From: Candidatus Latescibacterota bacterium
GTDB lineage: Bacteria > Krumholzibacteriota > Krumholzibacteriia > WVZY01
Assembly: GCA_963791045.1 (NCBI GenBank)
Contig: CAWBQK010000006.1
Coordinates: forward strand, 347,656 to 411,655
Direction: 5' to 3'
DNA: 64,000 nt
Made by a program: the position numbers and the translations under genes. The stretch's first letter is position 1, and each line of letters opens with the position of its first letter. A model generated the notes under the pieces. The model saw nothing but the letters and a program-made list of their open reading frames with translations. It was not told where the DNA came from and searched no databases. This document shows positions 18,901 to 28,987 of this stretch, in pieces.

Positions 18901-19734
18901 TTGGAAAAATCTCTCAAAAAACGCCTCGAGATTCTCAAGAACCGCGCGAAGGAAATCCAGGCGCTTCGCAATGCGCGCCTCGGGATCAGCGATTCAGCAG
19001 ATGGCGATACATCCTGCACGCTCGACGCCGCCGCGCCGGGTGAGGCGCGCGTGGTCGATGGGGCGCCGTTTTATCAGATATTGACTCACTGCGAAAATGT
19101 GGTCGATGATGCGGCGGATCTCTCGCGCCGATTTGGAGGGCTCGTGGAACGCGGGCGCTGGAGTGAGATAGCGGCGGAGGAATTCGGCGAGCGGTATACG
19201 GCGGGCGAGTTTTGTTTTTTCGATATTGAGACGACGGGGCTTTCGCCGAACACGTATGTATTTCTTTGCGGGATGATGTATGTCGAAGACGGACGCTTTA
19301 TCATCGACCAGGCCTTTGCCCGCGACTACTCAGAGGAGATCGGGATGCTCCGGTATGTCGAAGACGTCTACCGGCGGTATCCAGTGATGATTACCTACAA
19401 CGGCGCGAGTTTTGACATTCCATTTGTCGGCACACGGATGGCGGTTGCGAGGATCGAAAGCGGCGGGCCGACCGCGCATATCGATTTGATCGCCCCGGCG
19501 AGACGTGCTTTCAAAAAGACACTTCCAAACTGCAAGCTTGAAACGATAGAACGCAACCTTCGCGGTTCCGCTCGTGTCGGCGATATCCCCGGGGCCGAAA
19601 TCCCGGTGGCGTATCATGATTTTGTCCGTACCGGCGACGCGGCGAAGATCAAAAAGATCCTGTACCACAACCGTATGGATCTGATTGCGATGGTGTCGCT
19701 CATCGACCATCTCATCCCACAAAAGCTCATGTGA
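18901..19734 (+). CDS. RNase_H_2 / YprB (MrfB)-like DEDD exonuclease
   Basis: FFDIETTGLS, TYNGASFDIPF, HIDL, YHNRMDL motifs; adjacent to a YprA-like helicase. Confidence 0.88.
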   Translation: MEKSLKKRLEILKNRAKEIQALRNARLGISDSADGDTSCTLDAAAPGEARVVDGAPFYQILTHCENVVDDAADLSRRFGGLVERGRWSEIAAEEFGERYTAGEFCFFDIETTGLSPNTYVFLCGMMYVEDGRFIIDQAFARDYSEEIGMLRYVEDVYRRYPVMITYNGASFDIPFVGTRMAVARIESGGPTAHIDLIAPARRAFKKTLPNCKLETIERNLRGSARVGDIPGAEIPVAYHDFVRTGDAAKIKKILYHNRMDLIAMVSLIDHLIPQKLM

Positions 19735-19831
19735 ACGGCCGGGCGACGGCACAACCACCCCTTGTCTCGAATATCGAGTTTTGGAATAGTGCTTTGGATC
19801 GCCCCAAACCAGTGCTAAAATACCGCGCAAG

Positions 19832-22293
19832 ATGAAAGTCGAACAGTTTCTCACAAAACTTCGGTCGTCAAATTTTTACGGCGGCCAAATCGTTCACGCC
19901 GAGCGTCTCCCCGAACGCAAGGCGCGCTTTGCCGCGCTTTCGCCGCCGCCGCCCGATCGAATAGCTCGTATCCTCGACGGCGAAAAAATCAAAAAACTCT
20001 ATACACACCAGACCGCGTCAATCAAGAACACACGCGCCGGTCGGCACGTCGTCGTTGTTACGGGGACGGCGAGCGGAAAGACGATTTGTTACAACATCCC
20101 CGTTCTCGAGAAGATCGTTCAGGATCCTTCGGCGTGCGCGTTGTATCTGTACCCGACCAAGGCGCTAGCGCAGGATCAGCTGAGGACACTTCACAGGTAC
20201 CAGGCGGCGGATCCCGAGCTCCCGTTGAAAACGGGAACGTACGACGGAGACACGCCCCCGACCACACGAAGAAAACTGAAGAACGAAGCCAATGTGCTTC
20301 TCACCAACCCCGACATGCTTCATTCCGGGATTCTGCCAAACCACGGCACATGGTCGCATTTTTTCAGTCGTCTCAAGTTTGTGGTGATCGATGAGATCCA
20401 TACGTATCGGGGCGTGTTTGGATCGAATGTAAGCCACGTCCTCAACCGTTTGAGCCGGATATGTGCGCACTATGGGGCGTCTCCGGTGTTTATTTGCTGT
20501 TCGGCAACCATCAAAAACCCGCTCGAACTTGCCGAGAGGCTGACGGGCAAATCGATGACGCTCGTCGATGCCGACGGGTCTCCACGCGGCGAAAAGACAT
20601 TTGTTTTCTGGAACCCGCCTTATATCGGCGAAGATCGTATGGAAAGAAAAAGCGCCAACGCCGAAGCGGCGCGGGTTCTCGCCGAGCTCGTGGCCGAAGA
20701 TCACCAGGTGATCACGTTCGTCCGTGCCAGGGTTGTGAGCGAAGTCATTGCGCGCTACGCGAAGGACATGCTCGACAAGATGTCTCCGTCGCGCGCGAAA
20801 ACGGTTCATTCGTACCGGGGCGGTTATCTTCCCGAAGAACGCCGGCGCATCGAGCAGGCGCTTTTTTCGGGGGAACTGAAGGCTGTGGTGAGTACCAATG
20901 CGCTCGAACTTGGGATCGATGTGGGGAGTCTCGAGAGCGCGCTTCTCGTGGGGTATCCGGGGAGTATCGCGTCGACATGGCAGCAAGCGGGACGCGCGGG
21001 CCGAGGCAAGGAGCCGTCGCTCGTCATGCTCATTCCGCACGATTCGCCGATCGACCAGTACATGGTCAAGCATCCCGGCTACTTCTTCGGCCGGTCACCG
21101 GAAAACGCGGTGATCGATTCGAAGAATCCACATGTGGTTCTCTCCCAGGTGCGCTCGGCGGCATTCGAACTGCCGATCGCCAAGAAAGACTGGGATTTCT
21201 TTGGAGAATACTGCGGGGCGATCCTTCAGATTCTCGAGGAAGATCACCAGCTAAAACGCAAAGCGGATAAGTACTACTGGTCGGGAGGAAGCTACCCGTC
21301 CGGCCGATGTATCGCTTAGAAACATCGGGGATCACGTCTACACGATCATTGAAGAGGGTGATGAGAACAAGGTCATCGGCACGATCGACGAGATCAGCGC
21401 CTTTATGCAGGTTCACAAAGAAGCGGTTTATATGCACGCGGGAGAGACCTATTTTGTGAACTCGCTCGATCTCGTCAAAAAGATCGCGTTCATTGAAAAG
21501 GTCGACACGGACTACTACACACAGTCGATTACCGAGGTCAAAATAAAGATCGAAGAAGAGGAACTCGAGAAGACGTGGCGAAGGAGCGAGTGCCACTTCG
21601 GCGACCTGTCGGTGACGTCGGTCACATACATGTTCAAGAAGATCAAGTTCGGGAGCCGCGACTCGCTTGGATTTGGCGCGCTCGACCTGCCGCCGCAGAC
21701 GCTTCTAACAAGCGGTATGTGGCTGATTCCACTCGAAGATGTGTATATCCATGTGAAGAAAGCACGGCGTGTGCCCCGTGAAGGTCTGCTCGGGATTTCG
21801 AATGTGATCAAAGAGGTTATTCCGATATTTGCCATGTGCGACATTATGGATATTGGCGCCGCCGTGGATTCATCGGCGGCGAACGCGCCCGCAATTTTTG
21901 TGTACGATCGCTTTCCCGGCGGTCTCGGTTTTGCCCACAAGGCGTACGAAATGATAGAGGATGTCATGACGGCGTGCCTCGACCTCATCGACAGGTGTCC
22001 CTGTGAGAACGGGTGCCCGTCATGTGTCGGCTCGCCAATCCCGCCATTTTCGCAGACCGATCCCGACGCAACGGCGCGCGGCCTTATTCCCGATAAGGAA
22101 GCGGCGAAATCAATTCTCCACGCCCTGCTCGAAATGGAAGCGTATGTGCCGAGCCTGAGCGAAAGGGAAGACGAGGAAGCCGCCGCCGAAGTCGATCTCG
22201 CTCTGCTTAAACTCGAAGAAACTTCCGCAGCCCCTGGAAAAGAAACTCCGCGAACGCGTCGATTCCCTCAAACGCCCCCGCGCCAAGAAATAA
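19832..22293 (+). CDS. DEAD/DEAH-box helicase with DUF1998 (YprA/MrfA/Hrq1 family); frameshift near 21300 and probably near 22215
   Basis: TGTASGKT, PTKALAQDQ, DEIH, SAT, LELGIDVG, QQAGRAGR, CPCENGCPSC. Removing one base near 21300 restores YPSADVSLRNIG. An alternative tail KLPQPLEKKLRERVDSLKRPRAKK* ends at 22293 (ORF track ends 22400). Confidence 0.92.
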
Positions 22294-22483
22294 CCCCGAC
22301 CAACGCCTTTGCGCCTCGGGACGATGCGGTCTTTCTCTGGCCCTCGCGTGAAGGCCCGGCACGGGTCCTGTCATCGGTCACCCCGCGCGTGCTCGCTTAA
22401 GCTTCGTGCGGATCGCTGATTCGCTGATAGCAGCGATTTGCACTCGGTTTACTCATCTGCCGACAACAATGCCGTGTTTGCCA

Positions 22484-22545
22484 CCCGCACTCCGCTACGC
22501 TCGACGTGCGCGGGGGCCCCACCGGCGAGCGAAGCGAAGTGCGGG
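22484..22545. repeat. REP-like imperfect palindrome
   Basis: CCCGCACTCCGCTACGCTCG (22484-22503) vs CGAGCGAAGCGAAGTGCGGG (22526-22545), 18/20 complementary, between convergent genes. Confidence 0.7.
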
Positions 22546-22624
22546 GTATCATGCTCAGAGGCTTCAACAACCCAGAACGCGAGCAGCCACCCGTGCCTGC
22601 TCTCAAAGAGGAAGATCGCGCCGT

Positions 22625-23176
22625 CTACGCGAGTTTGTTGAGGGCGGTGGAGTAGGTTTCGTAGTCGGATTCGGAGAAGAGGACGAAGCGGATTTCGTCC
22701 AATTGGTTTTCGTGTGCGGCGGCAAAGTCGGCGACAGTTGTCACCGCGATCGACGCGGCACGGTCGATGGGGAAGCTGTAGGCGCCGGTGCTTATCGACG
22801 GGAATGAGATCGTTCGCAGCATGTTGAATAAAGCGATCCGGAGTGAATTCTTGTAGGCGGATGCGAGCAGCTCGGGTTCACGGCCGTCGCCGCCGCGCCA
22901 TATCGGACCCACGGTGTGGATCACGTTTCGCGCTTTGAGGTTGCCGCCGGTTGTGATGACCGCCTCGCCCGTAGCCAGACGGCCGATTTTGGCGACGACC
23001 CCTTTGCATTCCTCCAGGATCGCGGGTCCGCCCGTTCTGTGTATCGCGCCGTCGACGCCACCGCCGCCGAGGAGGGTCGAATTGGCCGCGTTTACGATCG
23101 CATCCGTGTCTTGCTGTGTGATGTCACCCTGTATTGTGACCAGCCGCGTGGCTCCTATAGAGATTTCAGTCCGCAT
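22625..23176 (-). CDS. ymdB: Macro domain O-acetyl-ADP-ribose deacetylase (YmdB-like)
   Basis: GDIT, AIVNAAN, GGGGVDGAIH, VIHTVGP, FPSISTGAY motifs. Confidence 0.93.
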   Translation of the reverse strand: MRTEISIGATRLVTIQGDITQQDTDAIVNAANSTLLGGGGVDGAIHRTGGPAILEECKGVVAKIGRLATGEAVITTGGNLKARNVIHTVGPIWRGGDGREPELLASAYKNSLRIALFNMLRTISFPSISTGAYSFPIDRAASIAVTTVADFAAAHENQLDEIRFVLFSESDYETYSTALNKLA

Positions 23177-23657
23177 TCTTGTCTCCCGCGTCGCCGTCTC
23201 GTTCCGCGAGTCTGAACGCTTCGCGTAGCGCATGTTCCGGATCCTTGGCGACAATAACATCGGGTGAGGGCGTGTGACTCTTCAGGCTCACAACAGGGAC
23301 CCCGAGCTGGAGGGCGTACGCGATTTCGGAAAGTGTTCCGGGTCCGCCGCAGATCGCGATCAGGACACGCGAAGATCGCACGATGATCACATTGCGCGCG
23401 ATTCCGAGGCCCGTCGCGATCGGAACGCGCACGTAAGGGTTGGCTGATTCCATCGATTCGCCGGGGAGTATGCCGATCGTGAGTCCGCCTGTTTCGGATG
23501 CGCCGCGGCACGCCGCCTCCATCACACCGCCGAGCCCGCCGCAAACGAGGGCGTATCCCGCCTGGGCGATACCGCGTCCGATTTCCTGCGCCATTTCGGC
23601 GACGGATTCGTCGCACGAACCCGATCCGATGACACCAATAATTTTCTCAGGACGCAT
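23166..23657 (-). CDS. TIGR00725-like SLOG/LOG-superfamily nucleotide-binding protein
   Basis: IGVIGS, CGGLGGVMEAACRGA, GILPG, ARNVIIV, GGPGTLSEIAYA. Confidence 0.9.
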   Translation of the reverse strand: MRPEKIIGVIGSGSCDESVAEMAQEIGRGIAQAGYALVCGGLGGVMEAACRGASETGGLTIGILPGESMESANPYVRVPIATGLGIARNVIIVRSSRVLIAICGGPGTLSEIAYALQLGVPVVSLKSHTPSPDVIVAKDPEHALREAFRLAERDGDAGDKNAD

Positions 23658-23680
23658 ATGACACCGCCGTGTTTGTGGGA

Positions 23681-24250
23681 TCAGTTCGGCGTGACCGAGA
23701 GATACCCTTCCGATATCGCGCGCGACCCGGCCGCGCTGCTTGTCGCCAGATCTTCGAGGTCGAGTTCCACCGTGCCGAAGGTCACGACGGCGACGCTTGG
23801 GTCGTTGAAGGTGACCGTGAAGGCGCCGCTGCAGGCCACGGATTCGTAACTGTAATTGCCGGGGTTGATTTCACGGTAAATAAACAAAATCGAACCCGGA
23901 TCGGACTCGGCCAGAGCCCGGTTCGATGTTCCAAAAAGAGTCGCGGGTGTCTGATTTTGAACGAAGAAGCCCATCTCGACCTCGTAGATCATACCGCCGA
24001 TCTCGTAGGTTGCGATGGAACTGTATCGGTCTCCGCCCCCTTGAGGGATATACACGGTAACCGTATTTTCATTGGATACACACATTTCAACCGGTTCGGG
24101 GGTCCCCGATATCTGGGCTGCAAAACCGGACTCTCCCCGGCAAAGCCTGTCGGCGGGGTCCGTCGGGTCATCCCCATTCCCGCACCCCAAGGCCAAAACT
24201 GTTGAAAATACAAGGGTTTGGAGCAAGATTTGCTTAAGATGTGTTCTCAT
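23681..24250 (-). CDS. Hypothetical lipoprotein
   Basis: AAGGA RBS, MRTHLKQ..., lipobox LALG-C, beta-rich mature part. Confidence 0.75.
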   Translation of the reverse strand: MRTHLKQILLQTLVFSTVLALGCGNGDDPTDPADRLCRGESGFAAQISGTPEPVEMCVSNENTVTVYIPQGGGDRYSSIATYEIGGMIYEVEMGFFVQNQTPATLFGTSNRALAESDPGSILFIYREINPGNYSYESVACSGAFTVTFNDPSVAVVTFGTVELDLEDLATSSAAGSRAISEGYLSVTPN

Positions 24251-24287
24251 GGATTTCCTTTTTGAACAGTTGTAAGATCTTTTGTAC

Positions 24288-24317
24288 AATATAGATTCCG
24301 GCTTGTGGGCGCGTCAA
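24288..24317 (-). promoter_or_regulatory. Putative sigma70-type promoter of the lipoprotein-SLOG-Macro unit
   Basis: Minus strand TTGACG-18 nt-TATATT. Confidence 0.4.
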
Positions 24318-24406
24318 GTCGGGGCTTTCCCGCCCTGGCAGAAATCGACGTCAGCACATCACAAAATTGACATAAATCAAGTTTTGCGACCGCGGAGGAT
24401 TATGCG

Positions 24407-26101
24407 ATGCGAATTATGGGTGTCCACGACGGACATAATGCAGCGGCATGTATTTACGAAGACGGGCGTTTGACGGCGGCTATTCAGGAAGAGCGGCTGC
24501 TGCGGGTGAAGAACTGGGCGGGTGTTCCCGAAAAAGCGATCCAGTCGGTTCTGGAAATCGCGGGACTCACGATGGCGGATATCGATCATGTGGCGTTGAA
24601 CGGAAATCATATGCCGTACCCGAAGGACCGCCAGGAAATCATGGCGGAATATCGGCGGTCCGGATCGATGTCGATGTCGGTCAAGAAGTTCCTCCGGCAC
24701 ACGTATCTCAGGACAGCCTACCAGGACAAGAGAAAGCGCGAACGCGCAGCGGCGCTCACCAAAACCGGAGTGCCGACGGAAAAACTGGTGTTCGTCGATC
24801 ATCATCTCTGCCATGCGTCCGCGGCGTACTACGGTCTGGGAAATTACGACGATGACATTCTCGTTTTGACAAACGACGGCGCGGGCGACGGTCTCTGCGC
24901 GACGGTCAATGTCGGCCGCAAGGGCAAGCTCGAACGCATCGCGTCGGTTCCCGAAGCGGAATCGATCGGTAATATCTATGCGATGGTGACCTTCATCCTC
25001 GGAATGGTTCCTCTCGAACACGAGTACAAACTGATGGGTATGGCGCCCTATGCGCACGTCGAACAGGCGCGGCCCGTATATGAGAGCCTTCGCGCCCTTA
25101 TGGATTTCGACAAAAGCGATCCATACGTGTGGCACCGCGTCGGCGATTGCCCGGAGACCTATTTCTCGTACGACTATCTCACCAAGCTCCTCGAGTTGAA
25201 ACGCTTTGACGCCGTGTGTGCGGGCCTCCAGAAATTTACCGAAGAGATGCTCACAACCTGGGTGTCCAACTGTATCCGAGAGACGGGTATTAAGAAACTC
25301 GCGCTCGGCGGCGGTGTTTTTATGAACGTTAAGGTCAACCAGGCGATAATGGAGCTTCCTGAAGTTGAGTCGATGTTCATCTATCCGTCGTGCGGCGACG
25401 AGACGAATACGATGGGCGCCGCTTACTGGACGTACGCCCAGCACGCCGACGTGAAGACGATGGCCCCGCTCGACAATCTCTATCTGGGATTGACATTTGA
25501 TGACGACAGCGTCCTCAAGGCATTGAAAGAGACCGACGGCTGCGAATGGGAATATTTCGAGGACGTCGAGTCTGAGGTGGCGCGACTTCTCGAAGACGGC
25601 CAGGTCGTCGCTCGATTCAAGGGACGCGGCGAGTTCGGCGCCCGCGCGCTGGGGAACCGGTCGATCGTCGGCGATCCGTGTCGTGACGGCGTCATCCGTG
25701 AAATCAATGACATGATCAAGAGCCGTGACTTCTGGATGCCGTTTGCGCCGTCGATGGTGCCGGAAGCGGCGGAGAAGTATCTGATAAACGACAAGAAGAT
25801 CGAAGCTCCCTATATGATTCTCGCCTTCGACACGACCGAAGACCGGGGCGATATGCCCGCGGCGATTCATCCGTACGACTTTACGGCGCGACCCCAGGTC
25901 GTCACCAAGAAAATGAACCCGGATTACCACCGGCTGATTCAGGAATTCAAAAAGAGAACGGGACGAGGTGTCATTCTCAACACATCGTTCAACCTGCACG
26001 GGTTCCCAATCGTCGATTCTCCCGAGGACGCCATCGGCGTGCTAAAGAACTCAGGACTGCGGTATCTGGCGCTGGGGAATTACATCGTTAGGAAGATCTG
26101 A
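24407..26101 (+). CDS. Carbamoyltransferase (NodU/CmcH family)
   Basis: GVHDGHNAAA, QEERL, HHLCHA, EYKLMGMAPY, GGGVFMNVKVN, EFGARALGNRS, RDFWMPFAPS, LNTSFNLHGFPIV. Confidence 0.95.
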   Translation: MRIMGVHDGHNAAACIYEDGRLTAAIQEERLLRVKNWAGVPEKAIQSVLEIAGLTMADIDHVALNGNHMPYPKDRQEIMAEYRRSGSMSMSVKKFLRHTYLRTAYQDKRKRERAAALTKTGVPTEKLVFVDHHLCHASAAYYGLGNYDDDILVLTNDGAGDGLCATVNVGRKGKLERIASVPEAESIGNIYAMVTFILGMVPLEHEYKLMGMAPYAHVEQARPVYESLRALMDFDKSDPYVWHRVGDCPETYFSYDYLTKLLELKRFDAVCAGLQKFTEEMLTTWVSNCIRETGIKKLALGGGVFMNVKVNQAIMELPEVESMFIYPSCGDETNTMGAAYWTYAQHADVKTMAPLDNLYLGLTFDDDSVLKALKETDGCEWEYFEDVESEVARLLEDGQVVARFKGRGEFGARALGNRSIVGDPCRDGVIREINDMIKSRDFWMPFAPSMVPEAAEKYLINDKKIEAPYMILAFDTTEDRGDMPAAIHPYDFTARPQVVTKKMNPDYHRLIQEFKKRTGRGVILNTSFNLHGFPIVDSPEDAIGVLKNSGLRYLALGNYIVRKI

Positions 26102-27978
26102 TGTGCGGAATACTCGGGGTCGCGAGCTCCGGGGGAGTCCCGATCACGGCCGAGATAATCGAGAGCATGCGGGACACGATGGCACACCGTGGACCGGATG
26201 ACGCGGGTCTTTACATCGATGGAAATATCGGGCTGGGCCACCGCCGGTTGAGCATTATCGACATCGAAGGCGGAATCCAGCCGATGGCCACTCCCGACGG
26301 CTCGATCCACGTAATCCACAACGGAGAGATCTATAATTTCATGTCCGTACGCCGCGATCTCGAAGAGAGCGGTGTCGAGTTCAGCACGCGTTCGGATACC
26401 GAGGTGGTGCTTCGGGCTTATGAAAAATGGGGCCCCTCGTGTGTTGAACGGCTTCACGGGATTTTCGCCTTTGGGATATGGGATTCGAGGAAAAAGCGTC
26501 TGTTTATAGCGCGCGACCGTTTGGGGATCAAGCCGCTTTACTACGCCACCGACCCCGATAGATTTATCTTCGCCTCCGAAATCAAAGCTTTTCTGAAACA
26601 CCCGGACTTCGATCGCACGGTGGACCCGCGCGCCGTCGACCGCTATTTTTCGTTTGGGTACATCCCGGCGCCCGACACGATATTCGCAACAGTCAAAAAA
26701 CTCCTTCCCGCTCATTATCTCATCTGGGAAAACGGCACGATTCGAACCGACCGTTACTGGCGGTTCGAGCCGCGCGGGCAGGAGAGCGATAAGACCAATG
26801 TTGAGTGGACCGACGAGTTCCGCGATGTATTTCAGAAAGCGGTATCGAGGCAAATGATAAGCGATGTTCCCCTCGGCGCGTTTTTGAGCGGCGGCATCGA
26901 TTCGAGCCTCATCGTATGGATGATGTCCCAGTCGACCGACGAGCCGGTGAGAACATTTACCATCGGGTTCGGACAAGATGGAATGAGCGAGGCGCCGTAC
27001 GCGAAAATCGTCGCGGATCGGTTCTCGACGCGGCACGAGGAATTCGAAGTGACGCCCGAAGCCATCGATATTCTGCCAAAACTCGTATGGCATCTTGACG
27101 AACCGTTTGCCGACTCATCCGCTCTTCCCACATATTTTGTCAGCAAGATTACGCGGGAGCAAGTGACCGTCGCTCTGTCGGGGGACGGAGGGGACGAACT
27201 CTTCGCCGGATACACCCGGCACCAGGGTGAGCGGCTCACCCGTGGGTTCCAGGCGCTTCCGCCGTGGGCGCGGTCGGGGATTGTCGGCGCGTTGAAAAAA
27301 GGCGGTCCCCAAAAGCTCAAACGGCTGGAAAACGTGTTGGCCAACGCCGAGCTGGATTTTGTGACGCGGTATCGGAACAAAGAGGCTCTCTCGCAGTCGA
27401 TCGACAGGCTGGGTTTGTACTCCGACAATTTCAGGTCGGATGTTGGTGATGACGATTCGATCGAACAGCTTCTTGAACTCGCGCGAATTACATCGGATGC
27501 GGATTATATTGACCGGTTGACCCAGTTCGATCTCGAATTCTACCTGCCGAACGACATGTTGACAAAAGTCGACAAGATGAGCATGGCGTCTTCCCTCGAG
27601 GTGCGTGTTCCTTTTCTTGACGAAACTGTTCTTGAAATCGCGGCGAGGATTCCCACGAGATTAAAACTAAGAGGTTTTACGACAAAGTATCTTCTCAGAC
27701 GTCTTGCCGCCGAAGTTCTCCCTCGTGAAATCACTCAACGGCGAAAGCAGGGGTTCGGGATTCCGCTCCAGGGGTGGTTCAGGGGCCAGCTGACGAGCTA
27801 CGCGCGTGAAATGCTCCTCGATACGCGCACACTTTCGCGCGGCTATTTTGACCGCCCGGCGCTCGAGACCGTTCTCGATGATCACGAAAACGGCCGATTC
27901 GACCACGGGCACCTGATTTACGCGCTTATCTCTTTCGAGTTGTGGAACCGGGTGTTCATCGATAACGAAGGAGCCTGA
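26101..27978 (+). CDS. asnB: Asparagine synthase-like glutamine amidotransferase, copy 1
   Basis: MCGI N-terminal Cys, HRGPD, HRRLSIID, NGEIYN, LSGGIDSS, SGDGGDELFAGY, LEVRVPFLD; TGA/ATG overlap with upstream gene. Confidence 0.95.
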   Translation: MCGILGVASSGGVPITAEIIESMRDTMAHRGPDDAGLYIDGNIGLGHRRLSIIDIEGGIQPMATPDGSIHVIHNGEIYNFMSVRRDLEESGVEFSTRSDTEVVLRAYEKWGPSCVERLHGIFAFGIWDSRKKRLFIARDRLGIKPLYYATDPDRFIFASEIKAFLKHPDFDRTVDPRAVDRYFSFGYIPAPDTIFATVKKLLPAHYLIWENGTIRTDRYWRFEPRGQESDKTNVEWTDEFRDVFQKAVSRQMISDVPLGAFLSGGIDSSLIVWMMSQSTDEPVRTFTIGFGQDGMSEAPYAKIVADRFSTRHEEFEVTPEAIDILPKLVWHLDEPFADSSALPTYFVSKITREQVTVALSGDGGDELFAGYTRHQGERLTRGFQALPPWARSGIVGALKKGGPQKLKRLENVLANAELDFVTRYRNKEALSQSIDRLGLYSDNFRSDVGDDDSIEQLLELARITSDADYIDRLTQFDLEFYLPNDMLTKVDKMSMASSLEVRVPFLDETVLEIAARIPTRLKLRGFTTKYLLRRLAAEVLPREITQRRKQGFGIPLQGWFRGQLTSYAREMLLDTRTLSRGYFDRPALETVLDDHENGRFDHGHLIYALISFELWNRVFIDNEGA

Positions 27979-27980
27979 GG

Positions 27981-28967
27981 TTGATCGTCTGCATGGTCAC
28001 CAACATGTACCCCACCGATGACAATCCCGGCTTCGGCGCATTTGTCAAATCGCAGATCGATTCGATTGTTGCCGAGGGTCACGAGGTGAGCGTCTTGAAG
28101 ATCGACGGCCGCTCGTCGGGTTGGAATTATGCGATGGCCGTTGGGCGGCTCAACCGCATGCTGGCGCGGAACCGGTTCGAGATCGTGCATGCCCACTACG
28201 GGCTGAGCGGCGTTGTCGCCGCAATGCAGTACAAGTGTCCCTTCGTTATTTCGTACTGCGGAGATGACCTTCTCGGAACATCGGACGGCGCGGGCGGGAT
28301 CACAAAAAAGAGCCGCATGGTTGTCCGGTCGAGCCAATATGTCGCCCGGCGCGCCGGCGGTATAATCGTGAAGAGCAAACACATGATCGAGAAGATCGAG
28401 TCACCCGCGGCGAGAGAGAGAACCGTCGTTATCCCCAACGGTGTTGATTTCGAGTTGTTTTGTCCGAGGGACATGTTATCGGCGAGAAAAGAACTCGGGT
28501 TCGCCGAGGACAAAGGTTACATCCTCTTTCCGGGTATTCCCGATGAGCCGGTGAAGCGAGTCGATCTGGCGAAGGAAGCCATTGCCATGCTTCGCGAAGA
28601 CTGCCCCGACGTTGAACTCGTCGCGATGCATCATCAACCGCAGGAAACGGTTCCGGTGTACATGAACGCATGCGACGCGATGGTTCTCACTTCCGACTCG
28701 GAGGGTTCGCCGAACGTAATTAAGGAGGCCATGGCGTGCAACACGCCGATCGTCACGGTCGACGCGGGGGACGCATGGGACGTTATCGAAGGCACAGACC
28801 AGTGTTTCCGCGCGGAGAGGACGCCCGTCGATATTGCGGAAAAACTCGATGCGGCGATCAAGGCGGGGACGAGAAGTAACGGACGGGAGCGGATCGGGCA
28901 TCTCGAACTCTCACAAGTGGCAAAACGGGTAGTGGATGTCTACCAGACTGTTCTGGACAGGGCATGA
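27981..28967 (+). CDS. Glycosyltransferase family 4
   Basis: VTNMYP, VHAHYG, VIPNGVD, SEGSPNVIKEAMAC (EX7E). Confidence 0.9.
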   Translation: MIVCMVTNMYPTDDNPGFGAFVKSQIDSIVAEGHEVSVLKIDGRSSGWNYAMAVGRLNRMLARNRFEIVHAHYGLSGVVAAMQYKCPFVISYCGDDLLGTSDGAGGITKKSRMVVRSSQYVARRAGGIIVKSKHMIEKIESPAARERTVVIPNGVDFELFCPRDMLSARKELGFAEDKGYILFPGIPDEPVKRVDLAKEAIAMLREDCPDVELVAMHHQPQETVPVYMNACDAMVLTSDSEGSPNVIKEAMACNTPIVTVDAGDAWDVIEGTDQCFRAERTPVDIAEKLDAAIKAGTRSNGRERIGHLELSQVAKRVVDVYQTVLDRA

Positions 28968-28987
28968 AGTAACGGAGTTGCTTTCCA

